DNA of 64,000 nucleotides. It comes from an uncultured Alphaproteobacteria bacterium (GTDB taxonomy: Bacteria > Pseudomonadota > Alphaproteobacteria > UBA7985). The stretch is from positions 4,548 to 68,547 of the forward strand of contig CAJQLX010000004.1 in the NCBI GenBank assembly GCA_905479265.1, written 5' to 3'. The position numbers and the translations under genes are program-made. The notes under the pieces were generated by a model. The model searched no databases and had not been told where the DNA came from. It saw only the letters and a list, made by a program, of their open reading frames with translations. This document shows positions 18,444 through 27,988 of this stretch, piece by piece. Each line of letters starts with the position of its first letter. The stretch's first letter is position 1.

Positions 18444-18683
18444 ATGAGTGATACAAGAAAGACGACCTCGCTTGGCGATCGCATCGCCACCGCACGAGAG
18501 TGCAACAACCTCACAACCGCACAGCTTTCTCGCCGCCTCGGCGTCCAGACCGGCACTGTTTCCGGCTGGCAGAGAAATTCTTCCCAGCCTCGCGCCAACC
18601 GTTTGGCCATGCTTGCTGGTGTTCTGGGCGTTAGCCCATCTTGGCTGCTCGTTGGCCGTGGAACGGGTCCACTGCGCTCCTGA
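18444..18683 (+). CDS. XRE/Cro-family helix-turn-helix regulator (79 aa)
   Basis: LGDRIATAR...LSRRLGV...W....[21 protein letters not shown]. Confidence 0.85.
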   Translation: MSDTRKTTSLGDRIATARECNNLTTAQLSRRLGVQTGTVSGWQRNSSQPRANRLAMLAGVLGVSPSWLLVGRGTGPLRS

Positions 18684-18774
18684 TCCTTAGCGGCGTCGTC
18701 TTCGGGATAGTCCAAAGCCGACACGTGAGCGCCTAGAACGTGCCCAAAAATTCTTTGGGTTGAGCCTATTTTTC

Positions 18775-18823
18775 AAAGCCGACTGCGCGCAGAGAAACAG
18801 CGCCGGTCGGCTTTTTCGTTTTT
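18775..18823 (+). terminator. Rho-independent terminator
   Basis: AAAGCCGAC...GTCGGCTTT stem followed by TTCGTTTTT. Confidence 0.7.
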
Positions 18824-18918
18824 AGCGTTCAAAAATTTCAGGGTCACAGCGTAAACGGTTTGAGCCTTTGGCGGTGTAATTTGATCAACGTCCCCTAAAC
18901 CGGAGCTTGATCACCCCC

Positions 18919-19953
18919 ATGATTTCATTGGCCACCACACCCGTTGCCCTTGCTGGCGTCGCAGCAACCGTCCTTGTCGGCATCCATACCCTCCCCACCG
19001 CCGCCAACGCTGATGTCTTTGACGCGATGTTTGCCCCGCCCACCGCTGCTGAAAAACGCTCTGTCATTGCTGACTGGGACAGCCGGAAGCAGTCGGTTCA
19101 GGGCTGGCGCGTGGAAGAAAGCAGGCGTGATGACGGGTATCGGCTGCACGTCGTGAGCCACATTGTCGATGGCAACCGCCACTTCGCCGCTGTTCGCACG
19201 CCAGAGGATCACCGCCCCGGACAGTCTGCCCCCATTTTGGTGCTCAATCATGGCGGTTGGAACGGGACTGACGCTGTTTGGGCGACGGAAGTTGCCGATG
19301 ACTGCTTGGCCGACTTCTTTGTGCTGGTGCCAAGCTATCGCGGCGAAGAGTTGCGCACCGGTGAGCGAACCTATCGCAGCACCGGGCAGCAAAGTCTGAT
19401 TGACCGAGACGTAGACGACACCATGGCCCTGATCAGCGGTGTCTTGCGCAATTTTCCCGGCGCGCAGGGTGATGATATCAGCACGTGGGGGTATTCGCGT
19501 GGCGGCGGTGTTTCGCTCATGCTTGGTATCCGAGATCCGCGCGTGGACCGGGTGGTCAACGTCTTTGGCCCCACCGACGTCGTCACCCACGATGATATGG
19601 CCGACCGCGTACGAGAGACCCATCGCGGCGCAGACAATGGACCGTTTTTTGGCTTTCCAGCACAATACGTTGACGCGCACATGCGCGGTAAACGCAGCAA
19701 AGCGAGCGTGCGCCGCCAGCTGATCGGGGGCTCAGCCCTTCACTTCGCAGATCGACTGCCCGCCCGCGTGCAAACCCATCACGGCGCACGCGATACCATT
19801 GTTCCCGTTGGCAATGCGCGGGCTTTGCATGACGCCCTCGACCAACGCCGCGACATGGCCGTAAACGAGTATTTCGAATACCGCTTTGGCGGCCACGGCG
19901 AGCTGCGTGGAATGGATCGGCGGGCCGTCAGGATGCTGTGTGAAGACCGGTGA
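18919..19953 (+). CDS. Secreted alpha/beta hydrolase (S9 peptidase-like)
   Basis: Signal-like N-terminus, NHGG, GYSRGG nucleophile elbow, HGARDTIVP (Asp), GGHG (His). Confidence 0.82.
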   Translation: MISLATTPVALAGVAATVLVGIHTLPTAANADVFDAMFAPPTAAEKRSVIADWDSRKQSVQGWRVEESRRDDGYRLHVVSHIVDGNRHFAAVRTPEDHRPGQSAPILVLNHGGWNGTDAVWATEVADDCLADFFVLVPSYRGEELRTGERTYRSTGQQSLIDRDVDDTMALISGVLRNFPGAQGDDISTWGYSRGGGVSLMLGIRDPRVDRVVNVFGPTDVVTHDDMADRVRETHRGADNGPFFGFPAQYVDAHMRGKRSKASVRRQLIGGSALHFADRLPARVQTHHGARDTIVPVGNARALHDALDQRRDMAVNEYFEYRFGGHGELRGMDRRAVRMLCEDR

Positions 19954-20043
19954 TTTTTCCGTCAAACCAGCATGATCGTTTGCAAGTCTGAAAAGCCTTG
20001 ATAGGCTCCGGCGGATAAAAACAGATCGCTGGAGCCTTTTGCT

Positions 20044-21003
20044 ATGTCTGCTGCTGTGTTCAAGGGCATGATGCCCGCACTGATGACCCCCTGCCTGCCA
20101 GATCGCACGCCTGACTTTGACGCGCTGGTGCGCAAAGGTAAGGAGATGATGGAAGCGGGCATGAGTGCCGTGATTTACGCCGGGTCCATGGGCGATTGGC
20201 CCCTGCTGACCGATGCACAGCGGATGGAAGGCGTCGAGCGGCTGGTCGCTGCGGGGATCCCTGTCATCGTTGGCACCGGTGCGATCAATTCGGCCTCTGC
20301 TACCGCCCTTGCCGCCCATGCGCAGAACGTCGGCGCAGCGGGATTGATGGTCATTCCCCGCGTGCTGTCTCGTGGTCCTTCCACAAGCGCGCAGTGGCAT
20401 CACTTCACGTCGATCCTGTCCGCTGCGCCTGATGTCCCTGCGGTGATCTATAACAGTCCCTTTTACGGCTTCACGGTGCGTGCAGACTTGTTCTTCGCCT
20501 TGCGCGCTGAACACAAGAACCTCGTCGGCTTTAAGGAATTCGGCGGGGCGGAAGATTTGACCTATGCGGCGGAAAACATCACCTCGCAAGACGACGACGT
20601 CGCGCTGATGATTGGCGTTGATACGCAGGTCTACCACGGAATCGTCAATTGCGGCGCGACCGGCGCAATCACAGGCATTGGTAACGTCTTACCCCGCGAA
20701 GTCTTGCTGCTGGAAGCCCTCAGCAAGCGCGCCGCCCGAGGCAGCGCGGAGGCACGCGTTCGGGCGCAGGAATTGACAGACGCCATCCACGTCCTTTCCA
20801 GCTACGACGAAGGCCCGGATCTGGTGCTTTATTACAAGCATTTGGCTGTGGTGGCCGGTGATGATGCTTATCGCTTGCAGTTCTATGAGACAGACACGCT
20901 TTCCGCCTCGCAGAAGCAATTCTGCGAAGACCAATACCGGCTGTTCAAGGCTTGGTACGCTGATTGGACCGCACAAGGCGGAGTGATCGCTGAATGCATG
21001 TAA
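20044..21003 (+). CDS. DapA-family enzyme, probable delta1-pyrroline-4-hydroxy-2-carboxylate deaminase
   Basis: GSMGDWP, IYNSP, GFKEFGG, IGVD, GAITGIGN. In an operon with the epimerase and D-amino acid dehydrogenase (HypD/LhpC-like). Confidence 0.82.
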   Translation: MSAAVFKGMMPALMTPCLPDRTPDFDALVRKGKEMMEAGMSAVIYAGSMGDWPLLTDAQRMEGVERLVAAGIPVIVGTGAINSASATALAAHAQNVGAAGLMVIPRVLSRGPSTSAQWHHFTSILSAAPDVPAVIYNSPFYGFTVRADLFFALRAEHKNLVGFKEFGGAEDLTYAAENITSQDDDVALMIGVDTQVYHGIVNCGATGAITGIGNVLPREVLLLEALSKRAARGSAEARVRAQELTDAIHVLSSYDEGPDLVLYYKHLAVVAGDDAYRLQFYETDTLSASQKQFCEDQYRLFKAWYADWTAQGGVIAECM

Positions 21004-21926
21004 TCGACAGTCACACAGGCGGTGAACCGACCCGTGTGATCTTGAGCGGCGGTCCGGATTTGGGCGCTGGCACGATTGAGGAACAGGCGCAAATTTTGGC
21101 CCGAGATCATGGCGATTGGATCAATGCCGTCTTGGCCGAGCCGCGCGGCCAGCCGGCCATGGTCGCCGCGCTGCTGGTACCGCCGACCTCGCCCGGCAGT
21201 GTGACAGGCGTGATTTATTTCGACCCTGCCGCCGTCATCGGCATGTGCGGCCACGGCACCATCGGCCTCGCCGTCACGTTGGCGCACATGGGCAAAATCG
21301 GCCTTGGGGCGCACACCATTGATACGCGCGCAGGCAGCGTTGGCATCGAGCTGTTGGCGGGGAACGCTGTGCGCGTGCGCAACATTGAAAGCCGCCTGAT
21401 TTCACCAGCCTTTCAGATCGATGTGCCCGGCTTTGGTCCTGTGACCGGAGATGTCGCCTATGGCGGAAACTGGTTCTACATCATCGATCCCAGCCCCATT
21501 GCCGTGGAGACAAAGAACATCCGCGCGATGACGGATCTGGCCGTCGCCATTCGCGAGGCAATCAACGGCCAGCGCGCGCCTGGACCGGGTGAAGCGATGA
21601 TCGACCACGTGATCTTTCAGCACGCCGTGCCAGACCCCAGCGTTCACAGCCGCAGTTTCGTGCTTTGCCCTGACGACACCTACGACCGATCCCCCTGCGG
21701 CACCGGCAGTTCGGCGCGCTTGGCCTGCTTGGCCGCTGCCGGAACGCTAGAGCCGGGGAAAATCATCACCCACGAAAGCGTCATCGGCAGCCGGTTCGAC
21801 GTGTCCTATCAACCCGGCCCCAACGGCGGGGTTCTCCCAACGCTGCAAGGCAAGGCTCACATCATGTCCGAAGCACAGTTGGTCTTCGACCCTGCTGACC
21901 CGTTCCGGACGGGTGTGCCGCTGTGA
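20994..21926 (+). CDS. Proline racemase family, probable 4-hydroxyproline 2-epimerase
   Basis: DSHTGGEPTR, EPRG, MCGHGTIG and DRSPCGTG (Cys/Cys catalytic pair). Confidence 0.88.
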   Translation: MHVIDSHTGGEPTRVILSGGPDLGAGTIEEQAQILARDHGDWINAVLAEPRGQPAMVAALLVPPTSPGSVTGVIYFDPAAVIGMCGHGTIGLAVTLAHMGKIGLGAHTIDTRAGSVGIELLAGNAVRVRNIESRLISPAFQIDVPGFGPVTGDVAYGGNWFYIIDPSPIAVETKNIRAMTDLAVAIREAINGQRAPGPGEAMIDHVIFQHAVPDPSVHSRSFVLCPDDTYDRSPCGTGSSARLACLAAAGTLEPGKIITHESVIGSRFDVSYQPGPNGGVLPTLQGKAHIMSEAQLVFDPADPFRTGVPL

Positions 21927-23179
21927 GCAGCACAAGCAACAGCGTCGCAATCGTTGGCGCGGGCATCATCGGGATTAACATTGGGTTGGAGCTGCAGCGG
22001 CGGGGGTTTGCGGTTTGTCTTTACGACCGCGAACCGCTTGATTCCACCGCACGCGCCAGCGCCGGTAACGCGGGCGCTTTTGCCTTTACCGATGTCATGC
22101 CTCTGGCAACGCCCGGGATCATGCGCAAGGCGCCAAAATGGCTGTTCGACCCGCTGGGTCCGCTATCCATTCCCCCCCAGTACGCGCCAAAGATCGCGCC
22201 TTGGATGCTTCGGTTTTGGCGCGCAAGCTGGCCGGATCGCTTTGCCGCCGGGGTTACAGCGCAGAGCCGACTGATGGCCCACAGCCGGGATGCACTGGAA
22301 CGGCTGGTTGAGTCGGTTCAGGGCGAGCATTTGTTGCTGCGCCAAGGCCAAATCCAGCTCTACGAAAGCGAGGCGGAATTTCAAGCAACAGCCCCCGAAT
22401 GGAACTTGCGTCGAGAGCACGGCATCCCGTTTGAGCTGCTGGACAGTCCCGAAGCGATTGCCGAGCGGCAGCCGGGCCTTTCGCGCCAATTCACACACGC
22501 GGGCTATACGCCAACTTGGTTCAACGTGGTCGATCCGCAGACGTGGACGCAGCACCTCGCGCAGACGTTCCTCGAACGCGGCGGACGGTTTGAAGCGGTG
22601 GCCGTGAACCGGCTGGGCCAAGAGGGTAACGAAGCGGTTTTGCAGACCGACCAAGGCCCGCGCCGAGCCGAGTTTGCCGTGGTCGCCGCCGGTGCCTATT
22701 CCCACCATTTGAGCCAAACGCTGGGCGAGCCGGTCCCGCTGGAGACCGAACGGGGCTATAACACGACCCTACCCGCCGGCGCGTTTGACTTGCGCCTGCA
22801 TCTGACCTTCGCCGGTCATGGATTTGTTGTGACCAGCAACAAGGGCGGCGTGCGCGTTGGTGGTGCGGTTGAGTTGGGCGGACTGCGTCGACCGCCGAAC
22901 TATCGACGGTCTGACATTTTGTTGGAAAAGGCAGCGCGCTTTATGCCCGGCCTCGACACCACCAATGGCGAACGCTGGATGGGGTTCCGCCCGTCGCTGC
23001 CGGACAGCCTGCCTGTGCTGGATCGATCGGCGAAGGCGCAGCGTATCCTTTACGCCTTTGGCCACGGCCACACCGGTCTCACCCAAGCGGCGGGAACCGC
23101 TGAGTTGATCGCCGACGTGCTGACGCAGCAGCCACCCTCAATCGACCTCGCGCCCTTCCGCCTGAACCGCTTTCGGTAA
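21923..23179 (+). CDS. FAD-dependent D-amino acid dehydrogenase, probable cis-4-hydroxy-D-proline dehydrogenase
   Basis: GAGIIG, ASAGNAG, ERGY, WMGFRPSLPDSLP, FGHGHTGLT. GTGA overlap with the epimerase. Confidence 0.82.
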   Translation: MSSTSNSVAIVGAGIIGINIGLELQRRGFAVCLYDREPLDSTARASAGNAGAFAFTDVMPLATPGIMRKAPKWLFDPLGPLSIPPQYAPKIAPWMLRFWRASWPDRFAAGVTAQSRLMAHSRDALERLVESVQGEHLLLRQGQIQLYESEAEFQATAPEWNLRREHGIPFELLDSPEAIAERQPGLSRQFTHAGYTPTWFNVVDPQTWTQHLAQTFLERGGRFEAVAVNRLGQEGNEAVLQTDQGPRRAEFAVVAAGAYSHHLSQTLGEPVPLETERGYNTTLPAGAFDLRLHLTFAGHGFVVTSNKGGVRVGGAVELGGLRRPPNYRRSDILLEKAARFMPGLDTTNGERWMGFRPSLPDSLPVLDRSAKAQRILYAFGHGHTGLTQAAGTAELIADVLTQQPPSIDLAPFRLNRFR

Positions 23180-23185
23180 AACCCG

Positions 23186-24325
23186 TTACTTCAGGTCGAA
23201 ACCGAGCGCTTCCATGACCATGGTTTGGAAGTGATGCACCGCGTGCTCGCTCAGCTCGGTCTTGCCTTTGTCCACGATAAAGCGGCCCTGATTGTACCCC
23301 TTGGAGTACAACCCCCGCTGCACGCTTTCACACAAGCCGATGTCTTCGGGCTGCAGAACGTCTTTCTGATAATCCGCCGCCTCTTTCAGCTGGGACGTGA
23401 GCACACCGCCCGGCGTGAACCAGTCTTGATACTCAAGCGTTTTCGCGGGCGCGGTTGGGTTCATTTGCAGGACCGATAGGTTGGCTTCGCCGGGATAGAT
23501 CCAAATCGTCATGTTGGGCCAAACAAAGAAGCCAGCATAGCCAAAGTCCACGTCCCCGGGCTCAAAGCTGAACGCCTTACTGCTCGTGGTGCGCGGCGCG
23601 GCAGCGCATTGGGAGGAGTAGCGCTTGTGCGTAATGGTGCGGTAGGAATTCATATCGACCAGATCGACAAAATCCAGATGCGCTGGGGCGCAGTGGTAGC
23701 ATTCGAGGAAATTATCAACGAGCACTTTCCAGTTGGACTCAACCTCAAACGTATCGCGCTGGGCAAAGGCCAGATCGTCAACCGATGGCATATACTGGCG
23801 GATTTCGTCCTCCAGGCCGTCGAATTGCTCGGTAAAAGGTGTCGCGTCAGGGTCGAGGTTGATCATCACCATGCCGCAGAACACTTCCAACCGCACGGGT
23901 TTGAGCGAGAACTCGCACCGGTCGAAATTGGCCACGTTCTCTGAATTGCGGGCAGAAACCAAGTTGCCTTGCAGATCGAACGTCCACGCGTGGTAAGGAC
24001 AAGTAATCAGGCTCTTGCGCCCATGACCCGCCACCAGCTCATGCCCCCGATGGGCGCACACGTTGTAAAAGGCGCGCAGTTCGTTATCGCGGCCTCGCGT
24101 GATGAACAGGTTTTGCTCGTGGATTTTGGTGGTAAAGAACGCGCCGGGCTCAGTGACTTGGCTGACGTGACAGGCATAGTGCCATGTCTTGTAGAAAATC
24201 GCGTCTTTTTCCAGCTCATAGACTTCGTCGCTGGTGTAAAACCGCGCCGGCATGGTGAAGGAATGGGCCGGGTCTGCGAGGAACGGCGCGTCTGTTTCTT
24301 CAAAATTTAGAATGCTGGAACTCAT
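23186..24325 (-). CDS. Rieske non-heme iron oxygenase alpha subunit, CntA/YeaW (carnitine monooxygenase)-like
   Basis: Rieske ligands CAH...CPYH. NWK..VDNFLECYHC..AH with bridging Glu, EDIGLCESVQRGL.S.GY, SEH....F. Confidence 0.85.
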   Translation of the reverse strand: MSSSILNFEETDAPFLADPAHSFTMPARFYTSDEVYELEKDAIFYKTWHYACHVSQVTEPGAFFTTKIHEQNLFITRGRDNELRAFYNVCAHRGHELVAGHGRKSLITCPYHAWTFDLQGNLVSARNSENVANFDRCEFSLKPVRLEVFCGMVMINLDPDATPFTEQFDGLEDEIRQYMPSVDDLAFAQRDTFEVESNWKVLVDNFLECYHCAPAHLDFVDLVDMNSYRTITHKRYSSQCAAAPRTTSSKAFSFEPGDVDFGYAGFFVWPNMTIWIYPGEANLSVLQMNPTAPAKTLEYQDWFTPGGVLTSQLKEAADYQKDVLQPEDIGLCESVQRGLYSKGYNQGRFIVDKGKTELSEHAVHHFQTMVMEALGFDLK

Positions 24326-24533
24326 GATCGTCTGGCCCGGTTATTCAAAAAAATTCACTGACCGGAAACGTGCATCAATCAATTCCACTCTGCAATCAAG
24401 AAAGTCGAAGGTGAACCACCAAAAAATCGTGGCACTTCCTCAAACCACAGCAGAAACGCACTGCTCCACAAAAAACCCATGTCGCGACACCTTGTCGGGA
24501 TTGTCCTGACCAAACGCGCCCTACCTCTTGGGC

Positions 24534-25247
24534 ATGAATGCAATCATTTTTGGGGCCAGCGGCGGCATTGGCGGGGCGCTTTGCCAAGCCGTGATCGCCA
24601 GCGGCCAATACACCACTGTTTTCGCCGTCTCTCGGACGCCTGTGACCATCCCGGGCGCGGTGCCCTTGGTCTATCCACAGTTTGACGACGAAAGCCTCGC
24701 TGACATCGCCCAAACCGCAGCGGCGCAAGGCCCGCTGACGCTTTGCCTGTCCGCGCTCGGCACGCTATCGGACGCCAGCCAAGACCTTTCGCCCGAACGC
24801 ACCTTGCGCGCGCAAAGTGCGGCAGCGTTTGAGGCTGTTTTCCATATCAACACCGTCCTTCCCGCGCTGATCGCCAAGCATATGATCCCCTTGATGCCGC
24901 GAAAGGAGCGCGCCGTGTTCGCAGCGCTGTCCGCGCGTGTGGGCTCGATCTCCGACAACCGATTGGGCGGATGGCACGCCTATCGCGCGTCGAAGGCTGC
25001 GCTGAATATGCTGATCAAGAACTACGCGATTGAACAAACACGCCGCGCGCCGGATTTTATCGCCGTCGGACTGCATCCGGGAACGGTCGATACCGCCCTT
25101 TCTTCGCCGTTTCAGAAAGGCGTGCCCGAGGGGAAATTGTTCTCACCTGCGCAATCAGCCGGCTATCTGCTGTCCGTTCTGGGCCAATTGACGCCTGACG
25201 ACACCGGCAAAGTGTTCGACTGGCAAGGCACGGAGGTTCCAGCGTGA
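24534..25247 (+). CDS. Short-chain dehydrogenase/reductase, CsgA/C-factor-like
   Basis: GASGGIG, SARVGSISDNRLGGW.AYRASKAA (YxxxK), LHPGTVDT. Confidence 0.9.
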   Translation: MNAIIFGASGGIGGALCQAVIASGQYTTVFAVSRTPVTIPGAVPLVYPQFDDESLADIAQTAAAQGPLTLCLSALGTLSDASQDLSPERTLRAQSAAAFEAVFHINTVLPALIAKHMIPLMPRKERAVFAALSARVGSISDNRLGGWHAYRASKAALNMLIKNYAIEQTRRAPDFIAVGLHPGTVDTALSSPFQKGVPEGKLFSPAQSAGYLLSVLGQLTPDDTGKVFDWQGTEVPA

Positions 25248-26773
25248 GTGACGCGTCGCGCCTTGTCTTGGTGATGGGGGATCAGTTGTCCCTGAACCTC
25301 TCCTCGCTGCAAGCGGCTAACCCGGCACGCGACCGGGTTCTGATGGTCGAGGTGATGGAGGAAACAACGTACGTTCCCCACCACCAAAAGAAGATCGCCT
25401 TTATCCTGTCCAGCATGCGCCACTTTGCCGAACGCTTGCGGGGTGAGGGCTGGACCGTCGATTACGTCAAGCTCGACGACCCCGGCAACACGGGCTCTTT
25501 CACCGGCGAAGTTGAACGCGCCCTTGCCACCAGCGGCGCGGATGAAGTGTTGGTCACACACCCCAGCGAATGGCGCGTTTTGGCGGCGGTCAAGGCATGG
25601 ACAGAAACCCTGTCCCAAGCCATCCACATCCTGCCGGACGATCGTTTCATCTGTGACGCGGCAACCTTTGAGGCTTGGGCCGACGAGCGCAAGCAGTTGC
25701 GGATGGAGTATTTTTATCGGGACATGCGCCGGAAAACCGGCTTGTTGCTCGACGGTGATCAACCGGTGGGCGGCAAATGGAACTATGATGCTGAGAACCG
25801 CAAACCCGCTGGTGCGGATTTGTTCATGCCGCCGCCACACCGCGTCGAGCCAGACGCCATCACTCAAGACGTTTTAACGCTCGTGGAGGCCCGTTTTGGC
25901 CACCATTTTGGCGACCTTCACCCCTTTTGGTTTGGCACCACCGCTGAAGACGCCGAGGCTGCTGTCGATCGTTTCATCGAAGACGCCTTGCCGCTGTTTG
26001 GGGATTTTCAAGACGCGATGGTGCGGGGGGAGAAGTTTCTGTACCACTCGCTGATCGGTCTGTACCTCAACATTGGCTTGTTGGACCCGCTGGCCGTGTG
26101 TCGCCGTGCTGAAAACGCGTACCTCAGCGGTCATGCGCCCCTGAATGCGGTGGAAGGCTTTATCCGGCAGATCATCGGTTGGCGCGAGTTTGTGCGCGGG
26201 ATCTATTGGCTGAAAATGCCAGAGTACGTGGACAGCAACTTCTTCGACACCAAACGCCCCCTGCCCGAATTCTATTGGACCGGTGAGACCGATATGGCGT
26301 GCATGCGCGCAGCAATCACGCAGACCCGCGAAGACGCCTATGCCCATCACATCCAACGCCTGATGGTGACCGGCAACTTCGCGCTGCTCGCTGGCCTTGA
26401 CCCCCAAGCCGTGCACCAATGGTATTTGGCCGTGTACGCCGATGCCTTTGAATGGGTGGAAGTGCCCAATACCATCGGCATGACCCTTTTTGCCGATGGC
26501 GGGGTTCTGGGTTCCAAGCCCTATGCGGCCAGTGGAAACTACATCAACCGCATGTCGGATTACTGCAAGTCATGCGCCTATCAGGTGAAGCTCAAGACGG
26601 GCAAAGACGCCTGCCCCTTCAACGCTCTGTACTGGCACTTTCTGGACCGTAACCGAGACGTGCTGGCCAAGAACCCGCGCATGGCGCAGATGTACCGCAC
26701 GTGGGCGCGGATGGCCGAAGACCGGCAGAGCGAGACCTTGGCGTCTGCCGAAGCCTTCCTTGAGACGCTTTAG
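25244..26773 (+). CDS. FeS-BCP cryptochrome/photolyase (PhrB/CryB-type, putative (6-4) photolyase)
   Basis: GDQL, HHQKKIAF..SSMRHFA, RQIIGWREF, YAHHIQRLM, KPYAASGNYINRMSDYCKSC...ACPF plus DMACM (four Fe-S Cys). Confidence 0.93.
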   Translation: MSDASRLVLVMGDQLSLNLSSLQAANPARDRVLMVEVMEETTYVPHHQKKIAFILSSMRHFAERLRGEGWTVDYVKLDDPGNTGSFTGEVERALATSGADEVLVTHPSEWRVLAAVKAWTETLSQAIHILPDDRFICDAATFEAWADERKQLRMEYFYRDMRRKTGLLLDGDQPVGGKWNYDAENRKPAGADLFMPPPHRVEPDAITQDVLTLVEARFGHHFGDLHPFWFGTTAEDAEAAVDRFIEDALPLFGDFQDAMVRGEKFLYHSLIGLYLNIGLLDPLAVCRRAENAYLSGHAPLNAVEGFIRQIIGWREFVRGIYWLKMPEYVDSNFFDTKRPLPEFYWTGETDMACMRAAITQTREDAYAHHIQRLMVTGNFALLAGLDPQAVHQWYLAVYADAFEWVEVPNTIGMTLFADGGVLGSKPYAASGNYINRMSDYCKSCAYQVKLKTGKDACPFNALYWHFLDRNRDVLAKNPRMAQMYRTWARMAEDRQSETLASAEAFLETL

Positions 26774-27007
26774 AAGAACCGGCTCCTCAAACGTTTCTAT
26801 GGACATATTAATGATCGTTGTTATATACGGTGTTGGGACGCAAAATGCGGCGTCCTGCTTTTTTTGTCAGAGTTGCAGGTTCTCAAGTCTTTGGCTTAGT
26901 CTTGCGCAGTGCAATGAGCTTATCGGACAGCCCTCCGTCCGAATGAATCGAATGAAACGGGTTTTACGCCCCCGGGCCGCCCAAGGCCAAGCAAAGGAGA
27001 TCGCATT

Positions 27008-27892
27008 ATGACCACAGCTCAAACAAACGCTGTCCGCCCCGAGGTCACAGCGTTCTTTGACAAAGCGTCCAGCACCATCAGCTACGTGGTGAAAGACCCC
27101 AACAGCGCCTCTTGCGCGGTGATTGATAGTGTTTTGGATCTGGACTACGCCGCAGGTCGCATTGGCCATGATAGCGCGGACGCCATTATCGAACACGTGC
27201 GCTCGAACAATTTGACGCTGGAATGGATCATCGAGACCCACGTCCACGCCGACCATCTTTCTGCTGCGCCCTATATCCAAGAACAGCTCGGTGGCGCGCT
27301 AGGGATCGGCGACCAGATTACGGTCATCCAAGACACCTTTGGCAAGATCTTCAATGAAGGCACCGAGTTTCAGCGCGATGGCAGTCAGTTTGATCGGCTG
27401 TTCAAGGATGGCGATACCTACACCATCGGCAGCATGACCGCGCAGGTCATGCACACGCCCGGGCACACCCCGGCGTGCAATGTTCATCTGATCGGTGACG
27501 CTGCTTTTGTCGGCGATACGCTGTTCATGCCCGATGGCGGCAGTGCGCGCTGTGACTTTCCCGGCGGTTCGGCGGAGCAGCTCTATGACTCGATCCAGCG
27601 CATCCTCGCCCTGCCGGATGAAACGCGGCTGTACATGTGCCACGACTATGGCCCCGGTGGTCGGGAGATTTCTTGGGAAACCACCGTCCGCGACGAGCGG
27701 ACCGAAAATATCCACGTGGGCAACGGAAAAACCAAGGCCGAGTTCGTCGAGTTCCGTACGGCCCGAGACGCGCAACTGGCCATGCCCAAGCTGATCGTTC
27801 CGTCCTTGCAAGTGAACATGAAGGCGGGAAGCCTGCCGCAAGCAGACGACAGTGGTCCAGCGTACTTTAAGGTGCCGATCAACCAGCTTTGA
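27008..27892 (+). CDS. MBL-fold persulfide dioxygenase (ETHE1/Sdo-like)
   Basis: ETHVHADHLSAA, TPGHTPAC, GDTLFMPD.G.ARCDFPGG, CHDY, ENIH. Confidence 0.87.
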   Translation: MTTAQTNAVRPEVTAFFDKASSTISYVVKDPNSASCAVIDSVLDLDYAAGRIGHDSADAIIEHVRSNNLTLEWIIETHVHADHLSAAPYIQEQLGGALGIGDQITVIQDTFGKIFNEGTEFQRDGSQFDRLFKDGDTYTIGSMTAQVMHTPGHTPACNVHLIGDAAFVGDTLFMPDGGSARCDFPGGSAEQLYDSIQRILALPDETRLYMCHDYGPGGREISWETTVRDERTENIHVGNGKTKAEFVEFRTARDAQLAMPKLIVPSLQVNMKAGSLPQADDSGPAYFKVPINQL

Positions 27893-27988
27893 GGCTGGTT
27901 TGCTGTAAGCGCGGTTAGGCTCGTCTTTCAACGCGCTGACAAACGGCTCAACCGCCACGACGACCAGCGGCTGACCCAAAAAGCCAAC

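Noticed and set aside
27008-27892. Retinal-forming Blh to serve the rhodopsin
   Set aside because: This is a soluble metallo-beta-lactamase-fold sulfur dioxygenase. It shares only a name with the membrane beta-carotene dioxygenase.
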